The notes: a model not told the origin generated them from the letters alone. A stretch of DNA of 64,000 nucleotides from an uncultured Gammaproteobacteria bacterium (GCA_964639785.1 CAZXEE010000002.1:79273-143272); one strand, 5' to 3'. Shown: positions 27,046 through 36,581, counted from the stretch's first letter. Numbers and translations are program-made.

Positions 27046-27074
27046 ATAATATCATATTAATTTAATATTGTCAA
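27046..27074 (-). promoter_or_regulatory. Predicted minus-strand promoter TTGACA, 17-nt spacer, TATTAT
   Basis: The reverse complement reads ttgaca-atattaaattaatatga-tattat. Confidence 0.5.
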
Positions 27075-27144
27075 TAGTTGGCCCTTTATTTTATTCCAAA
27101 TCTATATTATACTTAGTCTGATAATCATTATTTATTATTTTTTA

Positions 27145-27175
27145 GCCATTTTCCTTATATTTTGAGGAAAATGGC
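27145..27175 (+). promoter_or_regulatory. Perfect 11-bp hairpin enclosing the secA RBS and start codon
   Basis: gccattttcct (27145-27155), 9-nt loop, aggaaaatggc (27165-27175). The ATG at 27171-27173 sits inside the 3' arm. Confidence 0.6.
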
Positions 27176-29894
27176 CGATTTCAATTATATGAGTTTTCTA
27201 GACAAATTATTCGGAGATCCAAATGCCAAAATCATCAAGTCTTTGCAGCCGATCATTGATACTATCAATGGATTGGAAGAAAAAATGAAGGCCTTGAGCG
27301 ATGTTGAGCTGAAAGAAATGACCAGCTCTTTCAAAGAGAAGCTGGCTAACAAGGAATGGCCGGAACAGCAAGTTATCTTGGATGAAATTTTGCCGGAAGC
27401 CTTTGCGGTTATCCGGGAAGCTTCTCGTCGGGTTTTGGGACAGCGCCACTATGACGTCCAATTGATCGGCGGCATCATCTTGCATCGCGGTCAGATCGCT
27501 GAAATGAGAACCGGTGAAGGTAAGACCTTGGTGGCTACTTTGCCTTTGTTCTTGAACTCTTTGGCAGGCCGGGGCGTTCATTTGGTGACCGTCAATGATT
27601 ATTTGTCTAAGGTTGGTGCCGGTTGGATGGCTTCAGTCTTTGATTTCTTAGGTTTGACTTGTAGTGTTGTGGTTCATGACGCCGCTTTCATATATGACCG
27701 TGATTATATCGATGACACTCAATTTGATGAACGCTTGCAGCATTTCCGCAAGATTCCACGTCAGGAAGCTTATGCTTGCGACATTACTTATGGTACCAAC
27801 AATGAATTCGGTTTCGATTATTTGCGTGACAATATGGTCCCTTCCTTGGATTCTGCCGTTCAGAGACCGCTCCATTATTCCATCGTTGATGAAGTCGATT
27901 CAATCTTGATTGATGAAGCCCGGACTCCTTTAATCATCAGCGGTTCGATTGATGAGAAGACTGATAAGTATTACAAGTTTGCTGACTTGGTGGAACGCTT
28001 GGAGGAGAATGAGGATTATAATGTAGACGAGAAGATGCGAGCTGCCACCTTGACTGAGGCCGGCGTCGACAAGATGGAGAAATGGTTGGGCGTGGACAAT
28101 ATCTATGTCGAAGGCGGAGTTCGGGAGATCCATCATATTGAACAAGCCCTTAAGGCTCGGGTGCTTTTCCGAAAGGATAAGGATTATGTCGTCAAAGATG
28201 GCGAGATCATTATTGTTGATGAATTTACCGGCCGTCTGATGCCTGGCCGCCGTTATAGCGAAGGCTTGCACCAAGCGATTGAAGCGAAGGAAAAGGTGGA
28301 AATACAGAGGGAATCACAGACTTTGGCTACGGTTACTTTCCAGAACTATTTCCGTATGTATACCAAATTAGCCGGTATGACCGGTACGGCCGTTACCGAA
28401 GCGGAGGAGTTCCACAAGATCTATGGCCTGGAAACCATCGTTATACCTACTAATCGTCCGATGGTCAGGGAAGATTTAAACGATTTGATTTATCGGACTG
28501 AGGAAGGCAAGTTTATGGCTGTTATTGAAGAGGTCAAGGAGCGTAACGCTAAAGGCCAACCGGTATTGATCGGTACTATTTCTATTGAAAAAAATGAAAT
28601 GTTAGCTGAAATGATGCAGCGAGAAGGCTTGCGCCCAGAAATGTTGAATGCCAAAAACCATTTCCGTGAAGCGGAAATCATCGCTCAGGCTGGTAAGAAG
28701 GGAGCTATCACTTTAGCCACTAACATGGCTGGACGCGGTGTCGATATTATCTTAGGCGGTAACCCAGCTGACTCGAAAGAGCAGGAAGAGGTTAAAGCTT
28801 TGGGCGGTTTGCATGTTATTGGTACCGAGCGTCATGAATCTCGCCGTATTGATAATCAGCTTCGTGGCCGAGCTGGTCGTCAGGGCGATCCGGGTTCTTC
28901 CCAGTTCTATGTCTCGACTGATGATGATTTGATGCGGATCTTCGGCGGTGACCGGATGAAAAAGATGATGTCGACTTTGAAGGTGCCGGAAAATATGCCG
29001 ATCCAGAATTCTCTCTTGTCCCGTACCATTGAATCAGCTCAGAAGAAAGTGGAGGGCAATAACTTCGATATCCGCAAACACTTAGTGGAATATGATGATG
29101 TCATTAACAAGCATCGAGAAGCTATCTATCGCAAGCGGAAAGAAATTCTGGAGATCCATGAAGGAAAATTCAAGACTGATAGCGGCAAGACCTTGTCGGA
29201 TATCACTTTGGAAATGGTGGCCGGTGAGATTGCGGCCGTAGTCAATTTTCATACCCCGGGAGAAAGTGTTAGCGAATGGAATTTCCAAGAGATCTCTGAA
29301 ACTTTCAAGACTATTGTCAGTGTTGATAATGTCAAAGACCAGATTGCCAATTTCAAGACCAGGGAAGAAATTATTAATTTTTTAGTCAAATTGGCTGATG
29401 ACAGATACACCAAGATGCAGGCAGCCTTCAAGGCGGTCAATATTAATTTTGCCGAAGTTGAGAAGGGGATCCTGATCCGCTCTATCGATACCCTTTGGAT
29501 AGAGCATTTGGAAACTATCGATTATCTACGTCGTGGTATCGGTTTGCGCGGCTATGGCCAGCACGATCCGTTGGTAGAATACAAGAAAGAAGCCTATCTG
29601 ATGTTCAATGAATTGAATGAATTGATCCAGAAACAGGTGGTCTATTCCATCTTCAAGACCGGAGAGGCTTTGGGCGGATTGTCAGCCGAGAAAGTGGCTG
29701 CTATTTCCACTGTCAATGAGAATCGCAAATTGAATTTCTCCGCTCCGGAAAAGACCGCTGTCGAACAGCATTCCCATCAGAACTTAGACTTGGTCCACGA
29801 AAAGGCCAAAAATGAAGAAGGTGAGAAGGTGGGCCGGAATGATCTTTGTCCTTGCGGTAGCGGGAAGAAGTACAAGAAGTGCTGCGGGAAATAA
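27171..29894 (+). CDS. secA: Preprotein translocase ATPase SecA
   Basis: DEAD motor (MRTGEGKTLV, DEVDSILIDEARTPLIIS) and C-terminal SEC-C zinc motif CPCGSGKKYKKCCG. I prefer the ATG at 27171 over the ORF-track TTG at 27162. Confidence 0.97.
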   Translation: MADFNYMSFLDKLFGDPNAKIIKSLQPIIDTINGLEEKMKALSDVELKEMTSSFKEKLANKEWPEQQVILDEILPEAFAVIREASRRVLGQRHYDVQLIGGIILHRGQIAEMRTGEGKTLVATLPLFLNSLAGRGVHLVTVNDYLSKVGAGWMASVFDFLGLTCSVVVHDAAFIYDRDYIDDTQFDERLQHFRKIPRQEAYACDITYGTNNEFGFDYLRDNMVPSLDSAVQRPLHYSIVDEVDSILIDEARTPLIISGSIDEKTDKYYKFADLVERLEENEDYNVDEKMRAATLTEAGVDKMEKWLGVDNIYVEGGVREIHHIEQALKARVLFRKDKDYVVKDGEIIIVDEFTGRLMPGRRYSEGLHQAIEAKEKVEIQRESQTLATVTFQNYFRMYTKLAGMTGTAVTEAEEFHKIYGLETIVIPTNRPMVREDLNDLIYRTEEGKFMAVIEEVKERNAKGQPVLIGTISIEKNEMLAEMMQREGLRPEMLNAKNHFREAEIIAQAGKKGAITLATNMAGRGVDIILGGNPADSKEQEEVKALGGLHVIGTERHESRRIDNQLRGRAGRQGDPGSSQFYVSTDDDLMRIFGGDRMKKMMSTLKVPENMPIQNSLLSRTIESAQKKVEGNNFDIRKHLVEYDDVINKHREAIYRKRKEILEIHEGKFKTDSGKTLSDITLEMVAGEIAAVVNFHTPGESVSEWNFQEISETFKTIVSVDNVKDQIANFKTREEIINFLVKLADDRYTKMQAAFKAVNINFAEVEKGILIRSIDTLWIEHLETIDYLRRGIGLRGYGQHDPLVEYKKEAYLMFNELNELIQKQVVYSIFKTGEALGGLSAEKVAAISTVNENRKLNFSAPEKTAVEQHSHQNLDLVHEKAKNEEGEKVGRNDLCPCGSGKKYKKCCGK

Positions 29895-29895
29895 T

Positions 29896-30354
29896 ATGGA
29901 TACGCCTAATAAAGAACTGAGACCTAGAGGAGGAGTTGGTGTTTATATTATTAATGATAAGAAAGAAATTTTATTATCATTAAGAAGTTCTGTGCATGCT
30001 CCTGGATATTGGTGTCCGCCCGGTGGTCATATTGAGTACGGAGAAAGCTTTTTTGAGACAGCATCTAAAGAATCTAAAGAAGAAGTTGATCTAGAAATAA
30101 AGGCAATAAAAGTTATTGGCGTAACTAGTGATGTTTATCCTGATGAACTTAAGCATTATATAACAGTTCATATTTTAGCTACTGAATATGCTGGTTGTCC
30201 TAAGTTGATGGAGCCTGATAAATTTTCCGATATGAAATGGTTTCCCTTGAGCCAGCTTCCGCAAAATATTTTTCCGGCTGTTAGCAATTTTTTAAATAGT
30301 GATCCTGATTGTTTTTGTGCTAGCGGAAAAAAGTATAGCGAATGTTGCAAATAA
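29896..30354 (+). CDS. Nudix hydrolase with a C-terminal SEC-C-type metal-binding motif
   Basis: Nudix box GHIEYGESFFETASKESKEEVDL (K replaces the usual R). C-terminus CFCASGKKYSECCK. ATG lies 1 nt after the secA stop. Confidence 0.8.
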   Translation: MDTPNKELRPRGGVGVYIINDKKEILLSLRSSVHAPGYWCPPGGHIEYGESFFETASKESKEEVDLEIKAIKVIGVTSDVYPDELKHYITVHILATEYAGCPKLMEPDKFSDMKWFPLSQLPQNIFPAVSNFLNSDPDCFCASGKKYSECCK

Positions 30355-30355
30355 T

Positions 30356-30562
30356 ATGATTAAGCTGGGTAAATATCGACATTATAAAGGCGGGGAATAT
30401 GAAGTAATTGGAGTGGCGAAGCACTCTGAGACATTAGAGGAGTTAGTCGTTTATAGAGCCTTATATGACGAGCATCAGATATGGGTTAGACCATTGGAGA
30501 TGTTCTTGGGGGAAGTGGAGGTTGATGGCAAGAGAATTCCACGATTTAGTTTTGTTGGCTAA
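30356..30562 (+). CDS. DUF1653-family small protein
   Basis: YRHYKGGEYEVIGVAKHSETLEELVVYRALYDEHQIWVRPLEMF matches the DUF1653 signature. 68 aa. Confidence 0.75.
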   Translation: MIKLGKYRHYKGGEYEVIGVAKHSETLEELVVYRALYDEHQIWVRPLEMFLGEVEVDGKRIPRFSFVG

Positions 30563-30595
30563 GATTTATAATTTTTACATTAAAATAAAAAATAT

Positions 30596-30988
30596 ATGAA
30601 ATCAGTAGTCGTCTGTGGCAGCTCTCGCTTTGCTTCAGAAATAGGCGAATTTTCTAAGAAATTGAAAGATTTAGGCGTGGTTGTTTTTGAACCGCACCTT
30701 TATCGGGCTTCAGGCGGAGTTTGGAGTGAGATCAAGGATTTTGATAAAAAATTCGTGGCCCTAGGACTGGTTCACGATCATTTCTATAAGATGAGGATGG
30801 CGGATGTCGTCTATGTTTATAATCAAGACGGTTATGCCGGAGTCAGTACTAACATGGAAATCGGATATGCGGTCGCTTTGAATAAGCCGATCTATGCTTA
30901 TGAAGAAGCTGATAGCGAACCTTGCCGCAAATGCGTCTTTAGCGGGGTGGTTAAGACCCCGGAAGACTTATTAGATTATTTAAGGTAG
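30596..30988 (+). CDS. Nucleoside 2-deoxyribosyltransferase-like (NDT/DNPH1-like fold) protein
   Basis: N-terminus VVVCGSSRF and GVSTNMEIGYAVALNKPIY, resembling the NDT-family D/S-x-G-T-x2-E-x-G-x-A motif. 130 aa. Confidence 0.5.
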   Translation: MKSVVVCGSSRFASEIGEFSKKLKDLGVVVFEPHLYRASGGVWSEIKDFDKKFVALGLVHDHFYKMRMADVVYVYNQDGYAGVSTNMEIGYAVALNKPIYAYEEADSEPCRKCVFSGVVKTPEDLLDYLR

Positions 30989-30996
30989 ATAATTTT

Positions 30997-32511
30997 ATGA
31001 AGAAAATATCTCTACCAAATTTGGCTTTCTCTCGCCGGCGCCAGTCGGTGCGTTTTTTTATGGATAATCCTTTTTTAGTCCAGGATAATATCTTCCGCTA
31101 TCTGATCAAGAAGGGAAAGCGGACTGAGTGGGGCCAGAAATATAATTATAACAAGATCAAGAGTGTGGCTGATTTTCAGGATCAGGTTCCGATCAGCCGC
31201 TATGAAGATCTGCAGCCGGAAATCGAGCGCTTATTGCGAGGCGAAGACTATGTCCTGTGGCCGGACAAGATTGAATATTTTTCTAAGTCATCAGGAACTA
31301 CCGGCAGCAAGAGCAAATATATTCCAATCAGCGATGTGGCTTTGCGAGATAATCATTATTTAGGGGGCCGTAGCTTGTTCGCTACTTATTTTGCCCAGAA
31401 TCCAGGTTCTAATATTTTTTTGGGGCAGAATTTCGGTTTAGGCGGCAGCCGTCAGAAAGCGGATATTGGCATGGATAAATATATAGCTGACGTTTCAGTC
31501 ATCATCATGAAGAATTTGCCTTGGTGGGCAAGACTGCATCGCAGTCCTCGTTTCAGCGTAGCGGCGATGGCCGAGTGGGAAGCAAAATTGAACCAGATCG
31601 CTGAGATTATAGCCTATCAGAACATCGTCAGTATTTCCGGCGTACCGTCTTGGAACTTGATATTGGCTCGGAAGATATTGGAGATTACTGGCAAGAATAA
31701 TCTGATGGAAGTCTGGCCTAATCTAGAGCTCTTTATCCATGGCGGTATCAGCTTTGCACCTTATCGAAAGCAATTTGAGGAGCTTATTCCGAGTGATAAG
31801 ATGAATTATTTGGAGGTTTATAATGCCTCAGAAGGATTTTTTGCTTTTCAGGATGACTTGAGCCGGCGCGACATGCTGTTGTTCTTAAATGGCGGCGTTT
31901 TTTATGAATTTATTCCATTGGAAGAATTGTCTAAAGATAAGCCTAGGGCTTTGACCTTGAAGGACGTAGAGCTTGATAAGAATTATGCTTTGCTTATTTC
32001 CACTAATGCCGGTTTGTGGCGCTATCTCATCGGTGACACGGTTAAATTTACTTCTCTTGAACCGTTTCGGATTGTGGTTAGCGGCCGGACTAAGAATTTC
32101 ATTAATGTTTGCGGTGAAGAATTAATGGTTGATAATGCTGATATGGCTTTGAGCCGGGCTTGCGGAGCTTGCAGAGCTGTCTTGAAAGATTATACGGCGG
32201 CACCGGTCTATATGGAAGAAGGGAAGCAGGCTCGCCATCAATGGTTGTTAGAATTCAATCAAGCGCCGGAGAATCTGGATTCATTCGTAAATACTTTTGA
32301 TGAGGAGCTCAAGAAATTGAATTCTGATTACGAGGCGAAGCGCTACAAAGATTTCAATCTGGCCCTACCGGAGATTATCATCGCCCGTCCCGGATTGTTC
32401 TATGATTGGCTGAAATCCAGAGGGCGCTTAGGCGGACAGAGCAAGGTGCCGCGTTTGGTCAATGGTCGGGAATTGATGGATGAGTTAATCCAGCTCAACC
32501 GGTCTCTCTAG
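30997..32511 (+). CDS. GH3-family (auxin-responsive GH3-like) adenylating acyl-acid amido synthetase homolog
   Basis: FSKSSGTTGSKSKYIP adenylation motif and a length and layout typical of bacterial GH3 proteins. 504 aa. Confidence 0.8.
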   Translation: MKKISLPNLAFSRRRQSVRFFMDNPFLVQDNIFRYLIKKGKRTEWGQKYNYNKIKSVADFQDQVPISRYEDLQPEIERLLRGEDYVLWPDKIEYFSKSSGTTGSKSKYIPISDVALRDNHYLGGRSLFATYFAQNPGSNIFLGQNFGLGGSRQKADIGMDKYIADVSVIIMKNLPWWARLHRSPRFSVAAMAEWEAKLNQIAEIIAYQNIVSISGVPSWNLILARKILEITGKNNLMEVWPNLELFIHGGISFAPYRKQFEELIPSDKMNYLEVYNASEGFFAFQDDLSRRDMLLFLNGGVFYEFIPLEELSKDKPRALTLKDVELDKNYALLISTNAGLWRYLIGDTVKFTSLEPFRIVVSGRTKNFINVCGEELMVDNADMALSRACGACRAVLKDYTAAPVYMEEGKQARHQWLLEFNQAPENLDSFVNTFDEELKKLNSDYEAKRYKDFNLALPEIIIARPGLFYDWLKSRGRLGGQSKVPRLVNGRELMDELIQLNRSL

Positions 32512-32586
32512 TTTGATTTTTCTTCCAAAAATAGCTAAAATGTAGATAGGCGATAAGCTGTAAAATTTAATACATAATTTAAAAAT

Positions 32587-33060
32587 ATGCCTAAGAAATT
32601 TAAGCTGAATTACATCATCATTCCTTTTATCACCATCCTCGTAGCGGTTATCGGAAGTATGATAACTTCGTTGGGTATGAGCTGGTATAAAGGATTAACT
32701 TTGCCAGCCTTTACTCCGAGCGGTTCCTTTATCGGCATGGTCTGGACAACCATTTTTATCTTGTCTACGATTTCAGCCTTGTTGTTTTATAATAAGCCGG
32801 ACCGGTCTCCTTATTTTGTTATTACTGCCTTGTTATTCTTCAATAATGCTTTCTTGAATATCCTTTGGAGCTCATTATTCTTCGGAGAGCATATGATGGG
32901 ACTGGCCTTGATCGAGGTTGTGGTCTTGAATGTTGTTAATTTATCCATGATCATCTTAATGTGGGAAAAACATCGGACTGCATCATTGTTGCTTTTCCCA
33001 TATTTTATCTGGGTCTGTGTGGCAACTTATTTGAATTATGCCATCTGGGCTATAAACTAA
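32587..33060 (+). CDS. tspO: TspO/MBR tryptophan-rich sensory protein
   Basis: Five TM helices. WYKGLTLPAFTPSGSFIGMVWTTIFIL and NILWSSLFFG motifs. 157 aa. Confidence 0.85.
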   Translation: MPKKFKLNYIIIPFITILVAVIGSMITSLGMSWYKGLTLPAFTPSGSFIGMVWTTIFILSTISALLFYNKPDRSPYFVITALLFFNNAFLNILWSSLFFGEHMMGLALIEVVVLNVVNLSMIILMWEKHRTASLLLFPYFIWVCVATYLNYAIWAIN

Positions 33061-33064
33061 AGAT

Positions 33065-33511
33065 ATGTTGAGGTTCGGTGAAAATCGCCATATCAATAAT
33101 CCTTCCCAACTCGACTTGTTTCGAGATGGATCCGGGCGGGATGAAAAACCCAAGGACGATTATGCCGAGCTATATACTCCGGAGGCGATAGCTGAGGAGC
33201 GGGAGAGGGAAGAAGAGATAATTAATGAAACCTTGAACCGGGGAGATTGGGAGAGAAAGAAACAGGATGAAGAAGTGGAGGAGGCCAGCCGGCATGCCGA
33301 CTATCAGAGTTATTTGGAATGGGAGGAAAATAATTGGCATAGATTTGTTCCGTCCGAGCCAGCTTTGCCGGATATTTTTTCGGACAAGGGTCCTGATGAT
33401 AAGGTGGCGATTGATCCGGACGAAGAAGCGGACAAGCCCGGATATGAATTATATGGTCGTTTTAGCCAGTACAAGGATCAGTATAAAACCCATCCAAAAG
33501 GAAAAAAATAG
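33065..33511 (+). CDS. Hypothetical acidic protein (148 aa)
   Basis: ORF only. Glu/Asp-rich and probably disordered. A terminator follows. Confidence 0.45.
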   Translation: MLRFGENRHINNPSQLDLFRDGSGRDEKPKDDYAELYTPEAIAEEREREEEIINETLNRGDWERKKQDEEVEEASRHADYQSYLEWEENNWHRFVPSEPALPDIFSDKGPDDKVAIDPDEEADKPGYELYGRFSQYKDQYKTHPKGKK

Positions 33512-33521
33512 CTTTTTGATT

Positions 33522-33549
33522 AAAAATAGGGACAATACCCTATTTTTTT
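33522..33549 (+). terminator. Rho-independent terminator
   Basis: ataggg / ccctat stem extended by A/T pairs, followed by a T7 run. Confidence 0.7.
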
Positions 33550-33628
33550 GATATTCTCTTGATTTTTGGAGCTATTTTCGCTATGATGTCCAAGTATCGT
33601 AATTAAATTTAATAATAATAAAATCAAT

Positions 33629-36562
33629 ATGGCAGAAGATAATAAACCAGGAGCTTGGCAGAATCCTTTTCCGGCAATGGAAGAAGAAGTCTTGAATTTC
33701 TGGGAGAAATCTAAAACTTTTGAGAAATCAATGGCCAAGGAGGCTCCGGCAGGAAATTTCGTCTTTTTTGAGGGACCGCCTACAGCCAATGGTATTCCGG
33801 GAATTCATCATGTTCTGGCTAGGTCATTTAAAGATGTCATGCCTCGATATAAGACCATGCAGGGTTATTCCGTACAACGTAAAGCTGGCTGGGATACTCA
33901 TGGCTTGCCGGTTGAGCTACAGGTGGAAAAACAATTGAATATTTCCGGAAAGCCGGACATTGAAAAATATGGTATCGCTGAATTCAATCAACAGTGCCGG
34001 GAAAGCGTTTGGAAGTTCAAGGATGAATGGGAAAGACTGACCAAGAGAACTGCTTATTGGGTAGATATGAATAATCCTTATATCACTTATGAGAATTATT
34101 ATATCGAATCTTTATGGTGGATTATCTCTCAGGTTCATGAAAAAGGACTCTTGTATAAAGGCCATAAGGTGGTGCCGCATTGTCCTCGTTGTGGCACGGC
34201 TTTGTCTACTCATGAAGTAGCTCAGGGATACAAGAAGGTTCAGGAGAATTCTGTCTTCTTGAATTTCAAGGTTGTGTCCGGTAATGAATCAGTGGGTGCC
34301 GGCGATATTCTGATCGCTTGGACTACTACTCCTTGGACTCTGCCTGGCAACGTCGCTTTAGCCGTCGGTGAGAATATCGAATATGTTCGAGTGGAACATG
34401 GTGGCAAGAATTATATCTTAGCCAGCAAGAGGCTGGAGGATGTCTTCGCCGGTTTAGATTACAAAGTGACAGGGAAGTTGGATGGAGAAGATTTGGTGGG
34501 ATTGAAATATCAGCCATTGTTCGATATTGAATCAATCAAGAATAGCGGCCAGAAAGCTTATGTCGTCGTTTCCGGTAATTTTGTGACTACGGAAGACGGT
34601 AGCGGTATAGTCCATACGGCGGTAATGTACGGCGATGAGGATTATCAGTTAGGAGAAAAGGAAGGGCTGCCCAAGGTTCACACTGTTGATGAGTCGGGAA
34701 AATTCAATGATTCTGTCTCAGCTTATGGTTTGACTGGTAAGTTTGTTAAGTCGGCAGGAACTGAAAAAATAGTTATCGATTACTTGAAAGAATCCGGATT
34801 ATTATTCAAAGAATCCATGTATGAGCATGATTATCCTTTCTGTTGGAGATGTGATACTCCGCTTTTGTATTATGCAAAAGATTCCTGGTTCATCAAGATG
34901 ACAGCTATAAAAGATGAATTGATTGCTAATAACAGTAAGGTTAATTGGGTTCCAGATCATATTAAGGAGGGCCGTTTCGGCGAGTGGCTGTTGAATGTTA
35001 AGGATTGGGCTATCTCTCGTGAGAGATACTGGGGAACTCCTCTGCCTATCTGGGAGTGCTCCGGCTGCGACCATCTTGAGGTCGTTGGCAGCGTAGAAAA
35101 GCTCGGCGCTTTGAGCGGACAATCAGTGACCCTGGAATCAGATATCCATCGTCCGGCTATTGATAATTATCAATTTGCTTGTCCAAAATGCGGCGGCAAA
35201 ATGAATCGGGTCAAGGAAGTCTTTGATTGTTGGTTTGATTCCGGCGCTATGCCTTTTGCCCAGCATCATTATCCGTTTGAAAATAAAGAATTGATTGACG
35301 GGGGAAAACAGTTTCCAGCCGATTTTATCTGCGAGGCTATTGACCAGACTCGCGGTTGGTTCTATACCTTATTGGCTGTCAGCACCCTTTTGGGTAAGGG
35401 TAATTCTTATAAGAATGTCATCTGCTTAGGACATATCAATGACAAATTCGGCAAGAAGATGAGTAAATCGAAAGGTAATGTCATTAGTCCTTGGGATGTC
35501 ATCAATCAGTATGGTGTCGATGCCGTTCGTCAGCATATGTATACCATTAATCAGCCGGGTGAGGGTAAGAGATATGACCTGGATGATGTCAAAGATGTCT
35601 TCCGGCAGAACATCATGCTGCTTTGGAACGTCTATAAATTCTATGAAATGTATGCCGTCGAAGTTAAGGGTGAGATTGTCCGGCCGAAGACTGACAACGT
35701 TTTGGATGTTTGGATTCTGGTCAAATTAGATAAGCTGATTGCTAAAGTGGGAGGCGAGTTAGATCAATATCATGTTTATGAAGCTGCTCGGGAAATTCCT
35801 TCATTCATCGATGAACTTTCTACTTGGTACCTGCGCCGCAGCCGCGATCGTTTTAAGAGTGAAGACGAAGCAGACAAGAATCTGGCTTTGGCCACTACCA
35901 GATATGTCCTCTTGGAATTATCCAAGGTGATGTCTCCATTTATGCCGTTCATCGCTGAAAATCTTTGGCAGAAGATGTCCGGCTTTAATTTTACTGATGA
36001 GAACAAGAGCGTCCATCTAGAAAAATGGCCTCTAGCTTCTAGCGTCGGCGATCAGGAACAGAAAGTTCTGGATAGTATGGCTTTGGTCAGGAGAGCGGTT
36101 GAATTAGGCTTAGCTAAGCGTGATGAGGCTGGAATCAAGATTCGTCAGATGCTTAATTCAGCTACGGTGAAATTTAATATTCCGCTGGATGAGGTTTATC
36201 ATTCTTTGATCTTAGACGAGCTTAATATTAAGAGCTTGGATTGGCAGAATGGCGGGGAGGAGATGTCATTGGAATTGGACACCGTTATTACCCCTGAATT
36301 GAAACAGGAGGGCTTAAAAAGAGAATTGGTCCGTTTCATTAATATGATGCGGAAAGACGCCGGCTTGAGCTTGGGCGACAAAGCCTTAGTCTATATTTCA
36401 ACTGCCAATGAAGACCTAAAAAATGTCATAAAGTCAGCTAAAACTGCGCTTTTGAAAGATACTCTGAGTGATGATATAATAGAAGGTGAAGGTGAGGGCT
36501 TGGCTAAGAATGTCAAAATTGATGGCAGTGAAGTCAAGCTATCCTTGATTAAAAACAGTTAA
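33629..36562 (+). CDS. ileS: Isoleucyl-tRNA synthetase (type 2-like)
   Basis: PTANGIPGIHHVLAR (HIGH region), KMSKSKGN, and CP1 editing domain (WTTTPWTLPGN). 977 aa. Confidence 0.97.
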   Translation: MAEDNKPGAWQNPFPAMEEEVLNFWEKSKTFEKSMAKEAPAGNFVFFEGPPTANGIPGIHHVLARSFKDVMPRYKTMQGYSVQRKAGWDTHGLPVELQVEKQLNISGKPDIEKYGIAEFNQQCRESVWKFKDEWERLTKRTAYWVDMNNPYITYENYYIESLWWIISQVHEKGLLYKGHKVVPHCPRCGTALSTHEVAQGYKKVQENSVFLNFKVVSGNESVGAGDILIAWTTTPWTLPGNVALAVGENIEYVRVEHGGKNYILASKRLEDVFAGLDYKVTGKLDGEDLVGLKYQPLFDIESIKNSGQKAYVVVSGNFVTTEDGSGIVHTAVMYGDEDYQLGEKEGLPKVHTVDESGKFNDSVSAYGLTGKFVKSAGTEKIVIDYLKESGLLFKESMYEHDYPFCWRCDTPLLYYAKDSWFIKMTAIKDELIANNSKVNWVPDHIKEGRFGEWLLNVKDWAISRERYWGTPLPIWECSGCDHLEVVGSVEKLGALSGQSVTLESDIHRPAIDNYQFACPKCGGKMNRVKEVFDCWFDSGAMPFAQHHYPFENKELIDGGKQFPADFICEAIDQTRGWFYTLLAVSTLLGKGNSYKNVICLGHINDKFGKKMSKSKGNVISPWDVINQYGVDAVRQHMYTINQPGEGKRYDLDDVKDVFRQNIMLLWNVYKFYEMYAVEVKGEIVRPKTDNVLDVWILVKLDKLIAKVGGELDQYHVYEAAREIPSFIDELSTWYLRRSRDRFKSEDEADKNLALATTRYVLLELSKVMSPFMPFIAENLWQKMSGFNFTDENKSVHLEKWPLASSVGDQEQKVLDSMALVRRAVELGLAKRDEAGIKIRQMLNSATVKFNIPLDEVYHSLILDELNIKSLDWQNGGEEMSLELDTVITPELKQEGLKRELVRFINMMRKDAGLSLGDKALVYISTANEDLKNVIKSAKTALLKDTLSDDIIEGEGEGLAKNVKIDGSEVKLSLIKNS

Positions 36563-36581
36563 TAATTAATAACACAAAAAT

